Source: Candidatus Kuenenia stuttgartensis (GTDB taxonomy: Bacteria > Planctomycetota > Brocadiia > Brocadiales > Brocadiaceae). Taken from it: DNA of 32,000 nucleotides. This document shows, one piece after another, positions 7,676-16,355 of this stretch. The DNA lies in the NCBI RefSeq assembly GCF_900232105.1, contig NZ_LT934425.1, forward strand, positions 2,220,001-2,252,000. Reading direction: 5' to 3'. Within the stretch, counting starts at the first letter, position 1. The number at the start of each line of letters is the position of its first letter. Position numbers and translations under genes: made by a program. The notes below the pieces were generated by a model, which ran no database searches, was not told where the DNA came from, and worked only from the letters and a program-made list of their open reading frames with translations.

Positions 7676-7793
7676 TAAAATTAGGCATGATGTCGCTTGA
7701 ATTCAGGTCTGGCAATGATTTTTGTAAAAGAGTCGCAGACCATATTTATTCTAGACCAGCATTGTAAATGTCAATAGATAAGGTGACCCCATC
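7676..7793. repeat. Dispersed ~110-bp repeat, copy 2
   Basis: TAAAATTAGGCATGATGTCGCTTGAATTCAGGTCTGGCAATGATTTTTG...AGACCAGCATTGTAAATG...AGGTGACCCCAT, parallels 4250-4360. Confidence 0.88.
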
Positions 7794-7829
7794 AACTATC
7801 TCAAAGGTCCGACGCTGCTGGCTGCGTTA

Positions 7830-9092
7830 TCAGAACGGTTCTTCGTAATCTTTCATTTCTTTATCGTATTTATCAATGAAACTGAGCAACAACTCACCCT
7901 TATTAGAAAAATATTTCTCAATAAAGATAGAAGTTTCTAAGGGAACGAAGTCAATATTCTGAGCTGTAATGCCAGTATAATTATATTCTGGCAGTTCAGA
8001 AAAAAAGGAGTCCTTTTGGATATTTTTTATATATACCTCTAAATCCTTCGGATTTGTACCTTTAGGATATTTTATTTTGAAAAAATCGTTTTCATCAAAA
8101 TCAATTATTTCACTATTATAAATTCTTTTTGGACCAAACTTGGGATTAACGATGATAAGTCTGTTAAAACCTTTTGACGCGTAAAATAGCAGATTATTAA
8201 TATATGGATCAAAAAAACTATAACCTATAACAAATATATATTTTTTAATTCTTAGCAATTCATTAAATTTTTTCATAAGGCTAAAAAAAGGTTCAACCGA
8301 AATGGTTTTAGATCCTTGTCCAAAAATCACATATGGATTATGAAAGGGTTCAATATACTCTTTTTCTTCTTCAGGAAACTTTGATTCTTCATATATTTCA
8401 CCAGATTCAACTCTGGCCCAGTCAATAGAACCATGAAGTTTATATAAATTTATCCTTCCAAACTCGTCTAATTTATCTTCATCATCAATACCTATCCATT
8501 TACCGTTATAAAAACCCCTCCAGGGAATTTCATGATGAGCGCCAAAATACTTCTCAATTACTAAGTCATTATTTAAAGTACAAACGTCTAATCGGAAACT
8601 CTGCTCTGAATAGCCTTGAAAGAATGCCCGTATTGGGGCAAGGTAGCCGAATTTATCTTCATCAGATTCCAACCAATGATTTTTCAAAAGGGATTTCAAT
8701 TTCAATTCCAATTCTTCAAAAAGATTTTTTCTGTCCTGTTTTTTATAAGCAGTCTCCAGTTCCACCAATTTATCTGCCCAATTACCTGTAATCGGATAGG
8801 GCAAAAAAAGTTCTCTATTTTTAATCCTTCTAATGAGGAGAACCAATTCTTCAATATTTGGGTTAAATTCTATTTCTCCGCCAGTTTTTATTGATCGCCA
8901 CTCGGCATGGTATGCCATACAGGATATTAAAAACTGTAAGGCTTCTTTTTCGGTTGGAGTAAAACTATCATCATCCGAAAGAATCTTTTTCTTTAAATCG
9001 CTGAACATTTCACCTGATGTTAAACATCCTGTTCCAAAGGAGAAACCAGCTCCCAAAAAGAATAGCGTCTTTTTTATAAGTTCTACTTCCAT
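7830..9092 (-). CDS. SIR2-like domain protein (stand-alone, Argonaute-associated)
   Basis: 420 aa; LFFLGAGFSFGTGCLTS (GAGxS-like NAD site), TLNNDLVIEKYFG, LYKLHGSIDW, YIFVIGYSFFDPYINNLL; ATG lies 1 nt after the Argonaute stop. Confidence 0.9.
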   Translation of the reverse strand: MEVELIKKTLFFLGAGFSFGTGCLTSGEMFSDLKKKILSDDDSFTPTEKEALQFLISCMAYHAEWRSIKTGGEIEFNPNIEELVLLIRRIKNRELFLPYPITGNWADKLVELETAYKKQDRKNLFEELELKLKSLLKNHWLESDEDKFGYLAPIRAFFQGYSEQSFRLDVCTLNNDLVIEKYFGAHHEIPWRGFYNGKWIGIDDEDKLDEFGRINLYKLHGSIDWARVESGEIYEESKFPEEEKEYIEPFHNPYVIFGQGSKTISVEPFFSLMKKFNELLRIKKYIFVIGYSFFDPYINNLLFYASKGFNRLIIVNPKFGPKRIYNSEIIDFDENDFFKIKYPKGTNPKDLEVYIKNIQKDSFFSELPEYNYTGITAQNIDFVPLETSIFIEKYFSNKGELLLSFIDKYDKEMKDYEEPF

Positions 9093-9093
9093 A

Positions 9094-11112
9094 TTAAATA
9101 AACCAAGGAGTTTTTTGCGAAATCTTGTTTTCTGAGATTTCTCCGTTAAAATGCAAAGAAAAATCTGCTATCATTTTAGAATATTTGGTTGTTACAGGTT
9201 GACTTGTTTGCATCAGTCCCTTCCAATTTAATCGTGAAAATTCATATACCTGCGACAATATTTCTCGATGTGAAAAACCACCTACATCTGCATGGAATAT
9301 TTTCACTTTAATGGGCAACTCATCTTTTACTTTACGAACTGGCTCTTTTTCATATCTATTATTATTGAAAAGCAAATATTCGTCTTTACCAATTTTTACA
9401 TAAGTTCCACTTTCAGGCATCCCCATATCATATTCGGTATCAAAACATATATCTGACTTGCTTTTGGTATCATTGACTTCAGTAAGCGCAAAAGGTATAT
9501 CTAAATTTAATTTGTTGTAAATTACCTGCTCAAAATTTTTTATCTCATCTTTTCTTGGTGGTTTGTAATAATGAATAGTTAATCTGTCAGGACTACCAAT
9601 AGACTTTGAATAGTCATCTATTGCGATCTTCAAATGAGATATTAAATCTTCTCCTGCTCTCTCCTCTGAGAAACCGTATATCCTTCCCAAGCGCCCTTCA
9701 TTGTCGAAAAATACAGCGCTGCCTATCCATTTCTGGTCTTGTAATTTTTTGTAATTATATCCAATCACTAAATCATTATATTTTTTTGTGTTTAGTTTCC
9801 ATGGGATTCCGCCTAATTTTGCCAATATAGCAATTGCTATGTTGGGCAAGCAATAATTAAAATTTCCACTACGAACAGTTTTATTTGCAATAAACTGAGA
9901 GGTAATTCCTTTATCAAGTAAGAGCTTTTTAATTTCATAATAAGTTTTTTCCTCTTCTTCGTCACTTTCGTATTTGCTAAATGGCCCTATAATTACTGCC
10001 GCATAGTTATAATAGTCATTATCGGGAAATTGGGCGGCAAGAAATTCCTGTAACTTTGTGGATAATTCTCCAGTGCTTGAATAGTATAGGCTTTTTTCCT
10101 TGTCCAATACTACAGGAATACCAACATATGTTAGCAATCCTGGAAATTGTTTTAACCCGTTTCTTAAATACTGATATACTTTATTGGCATCATCCCTTTC
10201 ATTGTAAATAAAAAGGATTTTTATATCGTTAGCATTATCAATCTTTTTATACGGTCCATACTCCCGCATTCCAATTACTGCATTAACAGTTTTATTTTCA
10301 CCGCCAAAAACCATTAAATTATCTTTTAATATTATTCTTTGCCTGTCTTTATCTAAAACGGTTTTAAAACCAGTTTTATCAATATTAAAAAAAACAGATT
10401 CAAAATCCTTTAGTCCCGATTTAAGAAAATCAAGAATGTTTTTATACTCTGTTTTATAGCTGCAAGGAATGACTCTATTCGCTCCTTCTATTCCTGACCG
10501 CATTTGTTTATCAGCGATAACTTTAAATGAATCTCCTGATAGAATTTGTTCATATTTACAGATTAATTTATTCCCAATGTTAACTACTTTCCGAATACCA
10601 TCAATTTGAAAAATTTCTTTTCTACTTATTAATGTAAACTCACTTCCAACACTAATGGATAGCTCTTCATTAAAAGATTTATAAACTAAATCATACCTAA
10701 TATATATTTCCCAGTCTGTTTTAAAATCTTCTTTACGTTTATAAACGGAGAGGTCAAAAGCAGTAGGATTTAGATCAACATAAAAACCTTTATCTAAAAA
10801 GTAATTAGTTAACTCCTGTTTAATAATTAATCTCTTTAAAGATTTAATATCAAAATTATCAGATGAAATGAAATAAGAATTATTATCCCTATCCAGAGAA
10901 AATTCGATTTCAACTGGGTCTTCATCCTTAATATTGTTTTTTTTAAGCCACTCATTAAAATTATTTTTTGCTTCATCATTTTTGATTTTGTTTCTTAACC
11001 ATTGTGATTCTTTAGCAGTGATGACAAAACCTTCTTTATTTTTAATGTTTACAAACCATTGTTTGTCTAAATGGAACCGCAAATTTGTTCTATTTAACAA
11101 CAAAGTACTCAT
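9094..11112 (-). CDS. Prokaryotic Argonaute (pAgo), long-B-like, apparently catalytically inactive PIWI
   Basis: 672 aa; MID/PIWI signatures YYEIKKLLLDKGITSQFIANKT, CLPNIAIAILAKLGGIPWKLN, LVIGYNYKK...GSAVFFDNEGR, RLTIHYYKPPRKDEIKNF, C-terminal SQPVTTKYSKMIADF. Confidence 0.9.
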   Translation of the reverse strand: MSTLLLNRTNLRFHLDKQWFVNIKNKEGFVITAKESQWLRNKIKNDEAKNNFNEWLKKNNIKDEDPVEIEFSLDRDNNSYFISSDNFDIKSLKRLIIKQELTNYFLDKGFYVDLNPTAFDLSVYKRKEDFKTDWEIYIRYDLVYKSFNEELSISVGSEFTLISRKEIFQIDGIRKVVNIGNKLICKYEQILSGDSFKVIADKQMRSGIEGANRVIPCSYKTEYKNILDFLKSGLKDFESVFFNIDKTGFKTVLDKDRQRIILKDNLMVFGGENKTVNAVIGMREYGPYKKIDNANDIKILFIYNERDDANKVYQYLRNGLKQFPGLLTYVGIPVVLDKEKSLYYSSTGELSTKLQEFLAAQFPDNDYYNYAAVIIGPFSKYESDEEEEKTYYEIKKLLLDKGITSQFIANKTVRSGNFNYCLPNIAIAILAKLGGIPWKLNTKKYNDLVIGYNYKKLQDQKWIGSAVFFDNEGRLGRIYGFSEERAGEDLISHLKIAIDDYSKSIGSPDRLTIHYYKPPRKDEIKNFEQVIYNKLNLDIPFALTEVNDTKSKSDICFDTEYDMGMPESGTYVKIGKDEYLLFNNNRYEKEPVRKVKDELPIKVKIFHADVGGFSHREILSQVYEFSRLNWKGLMQTSQPVTTKYSKMIADFSLHFNGEISENKISQKTPWFI

Positions 11113-14100
11113 TTATTTACCTCCCTCAATTATTGTAATTTCTACCCCGGTCAAACCGTAGAGTTTATAAACAAGCTGGTCAATCTGCCTTTCCAGCGGT
11201 GACGTGTCGGCATTAGGGTCTTTTTGCTTTTCGGTGAGGATTTGGTCAACAAGAGAATCTAATTGTTTCTTATCTGTATTTTTAAGGATTGGTATGGGAA
11301 TTTGTTCGAAATATTGAGGCTTGACTTCGATGAATCCACCGCTTCTTACAACACATATCGTTTTCAAAAAATACCAAACAACTTTTGAGTTAAGAATCCC
11401 TAATAGCCATTTCGCATCGGTTGGCAAGAAAACTGCCGGCGCATTAAGGTATGTACCGCTAATATCATAGGCAAATTTGTTGGAGTTTTGAAGGTTGGGG
11501 AATATTATTTTTGGTTTTGCAAACAGGTCATAATAAGCACAGTTTCTAAGTTCCCACCAGAACTCCCCCTTGTCATATCGCTTTCTTGCTGCCTCAGCAA
11601 AGGGCTTAAGATGGTTCATGATTGATGGAAAAGCAGCCCTCATTGCTTCAAATGCCTTTGCTTCGTCCTGTCCGTTAAAATACGTACGTGTTGACTTGTT
11701 TTCGAAGACGATCATCTTTTTATCAATCGCTGGGGTCTGCCATTTCTTGATATCTTTGCCCTCGAAAACAGGTTTGAGGTGCTTGCTGTTTCCCAAGTCT
11801 TTTTCTGTTATAAATGCCTCATTTAATGCTGTTTTAATACCATAATAGCACTTTCCAAATACGTCTTTCAACTTCTTATGAATGGATATTTTCTCTGATA
11901 ACTCCACTTGTCCCTGATGATCAAAACTCCAGGAAAACTGCTTCAGTGCTGAACTTGGTAGAAGCGTATAAGAAATGGCTCTACCCGAATTAAAATTGCC
12001 AAATAGATCTTCGGTTACTTTGAGATATGCAAATGCTTCCTGATGCTTTGATTTTATCGCAAGAAGGATTATTGGGTAGGTTGTGGTACCCTCAAAAACA
12101 CCAACAGATTTAAAGTCAACATACTTGTTTAATGAAAAATTATCCGAGACATATTTACGTAGAGTTTTTCCGGCAGTTGTTTTATCAAACGCATTATTGA
12201 TAAAACAAAAAACTCCCTGATTTGTCAGAATATTAAAAGACCTCTCATAGAAATAATAAAAAATATCTCCGCTTGGGGCAAATACGGTGTAGGTAGCCTT
12301 AAGATAAGTTTTCAAATCTCCCAAATCTTCAGCCCGAATATACGGCGGATTCCCAATCACCACATCAAACCCCTCCTTAATCCCAAACATCCACTCTGTG
12401 TCAAAGAAAGTAGCCGAGTTGTTCTGGTCGTAAGGATCCCAGGCGGCTATTTTTTTGGCAGTGGCAGGTTGGAAGTCATGGTTTTCTATTAGCAATTCAG
12501 CCAGTTCGTCACGCAATTGTTTGTCTTTTATACGGCAGGTTTCCTTACGCCTGGGCGTCCGGGCTTCAAAGTAATCGTGCCGCACCTTTTTCAGTTCGGC
12601 CTTTTTCTTTTCTATATCAGGGTTGGTAAACAAATGCGCCTTTTCTTTTTCCAGCCCTATCAATGTATTGGCAGCCACAAATTTCGTTTCCAGGTTTGGC
12701 AGGGGACGTACGCCTAAGTTGTCTCTCCTGTGATTTACCTTTTGATCAACAATCAGGGAAATAAAGAACCGCAGCTTGGCTATCTGTACGGCGATGGACT
12801 GTATATCTATACCATAAATGCAGTTCTCTATGAGGTAGAGCTTGCGTCCATAGTCAAATTCGTTGTTATCAAAGGCTTCTTCAATATCTCTGCGCGTGTT
12901 GTGCAGGTCTTCAATTACTTTTTCCCTGACACGGGTGTCTGAAATGCCTTCGGCATCTTCAATCAGTTTATCTACCTTATCTAACTGCCGTTGTTTCCAT
13001 CGGGCGTTGTTGGGATCGAGTTTATGCAGTATATGAACCATCCTGTGCAGTATGCCCATTGGGAAAGCCCCGGAGCCGCAGGCAGGGTCTAAAATCTTAC
13101 AGGTATCAATCGCCTTAACAAGAACCCCGGCTTCCTCAGTATTGAAGGGATTGGGGTTTTCAGAATAACTGAGCAGGTCGCGTAATCTTTCTTCGTTTTT
13201 GTCGGTGTTGTTAGATTCTTCGCTCCGCTCAGAATGACAAAAGGGGACAGAATGACCGGCTGAGACGGAACTACGGGATGGGACATCATGACAAGATGAG
13301 AGAGATTGCTTGAGGTAGGCCAGCAATGATTCGTCCACCATGTAGTTTACAATCTCGCGCGGAGTGTAAAACGAACCGGTCTGTTTGCGGGCAGTGGTTT
13401 GGGTTTCGGGATTGTAGTTGGCTAAAAGGTTTTCAAATACCTTACCAAGCAATTCGGGGTCGAGGGCTATTTCTTCTTCTATGGGTGTATTTTCGGCAAC
13501 AGTAAATTTATAGCTGTTCAGAATGTCAATGATCCCGTAAACCTTTTCTTTATTTTTTTTGGATGAACTGTAGATCCTGCTTAAATCGACGTCCACACCT
13601 TTTTCGTTAAAAAACAGCTCGTCCGGCACTTCCAGCACATTATCTTCCCGGTCGCTGAAGCTGTCAATACGGATGCGCTTTCGTTTGCCGTCATCGTCCA
13701 GTTCCTTATCCAGGCATTCAAACAAACCGCCGTTGAGAAAAGGGATCGGAGAAAAGTATTGCTCCAGTGTTTCTTTTGGTTTTACAAATTCATTCTCGTA
13801 ACGGAATACGTTGTGGATGAAATAATGTCCATCGCGTCCGCTGTCATTTTTAGTCCTGAACCCGCGCTTGCCCATTTCGGTGTTTAGGGTAGCAAAGAAC
13901 AGGTTTTGCAGGATGGCTTTATAGTAAGCGCTTTTCTTATTGTCAGTATATTTGAGCAGTTTCTTCAACTGCTTCTCATCAAATAATGCATCCGGAACCA
14001 GTCCTTTTTCTTTCAGGAACCAAACAAACATCAAACGGGTGATGAGACGGATAACACTGGTTGCATTGCGTACATCTTTGTCCTTTCCTGCATCATCAGG

Positions 14101-14925
14101 AAACACCACTTTTTGTGTGGCCCAAAAATACCAGTTGGCAAGTTCCCTGAAGAAACGTTTGTTGAGTTCGGAGGTGTCTAATGCCTTTTGCCAGGCATTA
14201 TGCAGTTCCACAAAATTGGTAAAGCCGTGTTTGTTTTTTAGTTCATTGAATGAGAGGTCGAAGAGGATTTCTATGTGGGCGCGGTGGGTGACTGCGCCAT
14301 CGCCGCCGGAAACAATTTCCTTGCCCAAAACAACCCCCTTACCCCCTTTTTTAAGGGGGATTTCTACATCACCCCCGCCAGCGGGGGATATGCGGATGTT
14401 TTTGATGAGGGTTACTTTCTGAAGTACATCCTTGCTTTCGTCCCGTTTGTGCAGCCTGCGGTTGATGACAGAAAGTGTGAGCGAAAAACCGTGTTTGAAC
14501 AAAATCATAACTGGCATGGGAAACAGGCGATTGACTTCACGGGTGATGTGTGAAAGTTCGGTTCTGCTGTAGTGTTCTTTCGCCAGTTCTATGGCAAAGA
14601 ACAAATACGTTTCAATGACAGTGCGGTCAACCTGTTTGGTATCGAACAGTGACAATTGCCTTGTTACCTCTTCCTTAGAAAGCTGGAAGAGCAGGTCAAC
14701 ATATTTCCAGTCTTTTACCAATGCCTTGTCTTCATTAAACATGGATTGACTATCTATGAAGGAATCTCTGAATGCAATATAGGCAGGCTTTTCCAAAGGC
14801 GCCCGGCGTTCGGTAATATAGCCAAGGGTTTGAAAGAGGTTTAATGCATTTTCGGAAAGGTTGCCAGCGCCAAATTGCTGGATGGCTTCCTTTATTTTTT
14901 GCCTGAGGTCTTTCGCCATAATCAT
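11113..14925 (-). CDS. Large Eco57I-class / type IIG-like adenine-specific DNA methyltransferase
   Basis: 1270 aa; motif I ILDPACGSGAFPMGIL, motif IV VVIGNPPYIRAEDL, TGSFYTPREIVNYMV, C-terminal TaqI-like specificity segment FEQIPIPIL. Confidence 0.92.
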   Translation of the reverse strand: MIMAKDLRQKIKEAIQQFGAGNLSENALNLFQTLGYITERRAPLEKPAYIAFRDSFIDSQSMFNEDKALVKDWKYVDLLFQLSKEEVTRQLSLFDTKQVDRTVIETYLFFAIELAKEHYSRTELSHITREVNRLFPMPVMILFKHGFSLTLSVINRRLHKRDESKDVLQKVTLIKNIRISPAGGGDVEIPLKKGGKGVVLGKEIVSGGDGAVTHRAHIEILFDLSFNELKNKHGFTNFVELHNAWQKALDTSELNKRFFRELANWYFWATQKVVFPDDAGKDKDVRNATSVIRLITRLMFVWFLKEKGLVPDALFDEKQLKKLLKYTDNKKSAYYKAILQNLFFATLNTEMGKRGFRTKNDSGRDGHYFIHNVFRYENEFVKPKETLEQYFSPIPFLNGGLFECLDKELDDDGKRKRIRIDSFSDREDNVLEVPDELFFNEKGVDVDLSRIYSSSKKNKEKVYGIIDILNSYKFTVAENTPIEEEIALDPELLGKVFENLLANYNPETQTTARKQTGSFYTPREIVNYMVDESLLAYLKQSLSSCHDVPSRSSVSAGHSVPFCHSERSEESNNTDKNEERLRDLLSYSENPNPFNTEEAGVLVKAIDTCKILDPACGSGAFPMGILHRMVHILHKLDPNNARWKQRQLDKVDKLIEDAEGISDTRVREKVIEDLHNTRRDIEEAFDNNEFDYGRKLYLIENCIYGIDIQSIAVQIAKLRFFISLIVDQKVNHRRDNLGVRPLPNLETKFVAANTLIGLEKEKAHLFTNPDIEKKKAELKKVRHDYFEARTPRRKETCRIKDKQLRDELAELLIENHDFQPATAKKIAAWDPYDQNNSATFFDTEWMFGIKEGFDVVIGNPPYIRAEDLGDLKTYLKATYTVFAPSGDIFYYFYERSFNILTNQGVFCFINNAFDKTTAGKTLRKYVSDNFSLNKYVDFKSVGVFEGTTTYPIILLAIKSKHQEAFAYLKVTEDLFGNFNSGRAISYTLLPSSALKQFSWSFDHQGQVELSEKISIHKKLKDVFGKCYYGIKTALNEAFITEKDLGNSKHLKPVFEGKDIKKWQTPAIDKKMIVFENKSTRTYFNGQDEAKAFEAMRAAFPSIMNHLKPFAEAARKRYDKGEFWWELRNCAYYDLFAKPKIIFPNLQNSNKFAYDISGTYLNAPAVFLPTDAKWLLGILNSKVVWYFLKTICVVRSGGFIEVKPQYFEQIPIPILKNTDKKQLDSLVDQILTEKQKDPNADTSPLERQIDQLVYKLYGLTGVEITIIEGGK
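13165..13305. repeat. In-frame repeat insertion in the methylase gene (CATTCTGAGCGGAGCGAAGAATCTA; encodes FCHSERSEESNN)
   Basis: The encoded HSERSEES peptide is typical of a widespread intergenic repeat, and the segment interrupts the spacing between the FYTPREIV and DPACGSG motifs. Confidence 0.75.
14329..14390. repeat. In-frame palindromic C-run/G-run repeat in the methylase gene
   Basis: CAACCCCCTTACCCCCTTTTTTAAGGGGGATTTC...CCCCCGCCAGCGGGGG; encodes SPAGGGDVEIPLKKGGKGVVL; resembles 5998-6084. Confidence 0.78.
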
Positions 14926-14976
14926 GCCACCCCTTCGGGCTTTCGTTTATTATAATATTTTAGTTTTTTGAAAAAT
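14918..14976. repeat. Left copy of direct repeat ATAATCATRCCASCCCTTCGGGCTTT...TTTAGTTTTTTGAAAAA
   Basis: Matches 15767-15829 in the same orientation. Confidence 0.75.
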
Positions 14977-15152
14977 TCCACAAATGAGATGATTACCTTT
15001 CCCTGTAGTGGCAATGCGTTTCACATGCGCTTCGCTTTCTCTTCGAGTTATGAATTGCCGCTATATATATTGATACAAAGGTATTTTGCAGTTTTGACGT
15101 TTTCACAAAACTAGCATGTTACCGTTTTTTTTGATTCAGTTTACAATCTTTA

Positions 15153-15229
15153 CAATCCCGAAGGGATGTAATTATTATAGATTTAATGAAAGAAAACCAC
15201 CAAACCCCGAAGGGGTGTAATTATTATAG
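15153..15229. repeat. Two REP-like hairpin units (TCCCGAAGGGATGTAATTATTATAG and CCCCGAAGGGGTGTAATTATTATAG)
   Basis: Each has a small C-run/GAAG/G-run hairpin followed by the identical tail TGTAATTATTATAG. Confidence 0.85.
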
Positions 15230-15244
15230 CAATTATTTATTTTA

Positions 15245-15705
15245 TTATTCCAACCAATCAAACAAATATTTTTCATGGAATTCCACATTGAATCTTTTCA
15301 AAAAATCCGAATATTCTTCCTTAAATGTCTTCCGCTTATGATGTTCTTCCTGGTTCAAAATATAGTTGTAAACTGTTTCGATCTGCTATGTGCATAGGAG
15401 AAGGCTCCGTATCCTTCTGCCATGAAATTTACTTCTAATCATTACCGATCCATATTAATGAAATTCGTCGTATTGTTTTTCACATCCCTGACCAAATCAG
15501 AAATAGCCATGGACGGTTGTAACCCTATAAATATATGCACATGGTTGGCAACGCCGTTAACGATTATAGACTTTTGTCCCTTATTTTTGATGATACCAGC
15601 CATATATTTGAACACCTCATCTCTCCAGGGTTTTTGCAGCAGATTCGACCTGCCGTTTACGGCAAAGATTGCCTGTATGTATATTTGTGTGAATGTTCCA
15701 GACAT
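15245..15705 (-). pseudogene. IS200/IS605-type Y1 transposase (REP-associated, RAYT-like), degraded
   Basis: N-terminal ORF SGTFTQIYIQAIFAVNGRSNLLQKPWRDEVFKYMAGIIKNKGQKSIIVNGVANHVHIFIGLQP (HVH motif); the remainder (EGYGAFSYAHS, TVYNYILNQEEHHKRKTFKEEYSDFLKK, HEKYLFDWLE) is recoverable only across frameshifts and stops. Confidence 0.9.
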
Positions 15706-15715
15706 GATTTTTTAT

Positions 15716-15745
15716 TCTATAATCATTTCACCCCTTTGGGGTTGT
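15716..15745. repeat. REP-like hairpin unit in inverted orientation (TATAATCATTTCACCCCTTTGGGGTTG)
   Basis: Reverse complement AACCCCAAAGGGGTGAAATGATTATA resembles the units at 15153-15229. Confidence 0.75.
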
Positions 15746-15766
15746 TGTTTGTGGTTATTCTTTGGC

Positions 15767-15829
15767 TATAATCATACCAGCCCTTCGGGCTTTTTGTCAT
15801 ATTGTACCAGTTTAGTTTTTTGAAAAACA
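15767..15829. repeat. Right copy of direct repeat with GCCCTTCGGGC hairpin
   Basis: Matches 14918-14976. Confidence 0.75.
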
Positions 15830-15917
15830 TGATTTTTTCAGCTATTCCGCAGCCCTGACAGGGTTTCAAAACTCTGTCAGGGTTAAATCAGCGAGTAGGA
15901 CGCACCCTGCGATGTTA

Positions 15918-16354
15918 CAATTTTTGTAACATTTTAAGTAAAGAATCCACCAGCGAAACAGATAGCTTTGGGTTTATCCCTATAAGGGGATGAGTTTATC
16001 CGGTGGGACTTGCATATCGATACTATGCAATTGGTCAGTCACTGGCTGACGATTTTACGGTAGCATCAATTGGGCAGTCAGTGACCGCCTGATTTGCGGA
16101 TAGGTTTGGTAAAACTGCCTGAATAGCTTTAAGTTACGGCAAGATAATCCTTTATTATCAAAACGTTCCGAAAGATTTTGCAATAGGTTTTCGCCATAGG
16201 TAGCCCGGTCTTCCCCTTTTTGCTCATACTCAACAATGTAAAAACCAATTAGCCAGTTACGGATTGTAATATGGCGGTTAATTGCCGTTACAGCCGATTG
16301 TTGCAAGGCAGTATGGGTCTGCTGTATGGTATTAACTAAGAATTCAAATTTCAT
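15918..16354 (-). pseudogene. DUF1016 / YhcG-like protein, N-terminal fragment with decayed continuation
   Basis: Intact 99 aa (VTAINRHITIRNWLIGFYIVEYEQKGEDRATYGENLLQNLSERF...GLSCRNLKLFRQFYQTYP) then stop; downstream frames still show LHSIDMQVPPDKLI and PKLSVSLVDSLLK, typical of the continuation of this family. Confidence 0.78.
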
Positions 16355-16355
16355 A

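Noticed and set aside
9094-11112. Short pAgo (SPARTA/SPARSA) assignment
   Set aside because: The pAgo is about 672 aa with a ~280-aa region before MID, and the SIR2 protein is a separate chain without a visible APAZ-like extension.
13940-14553. Plus-strand ORFs inside the methylase (13940-14422, 14275-14553)
   Set aside because: Antisense shadows of a strongly supported methylase gene.
15535-15771. Plus-strand ORFs 15422-15823 and 15535-15771
   Set aside because: They lie antisense to the recognisable Y1 transposase remnant and have no family-like sequence.
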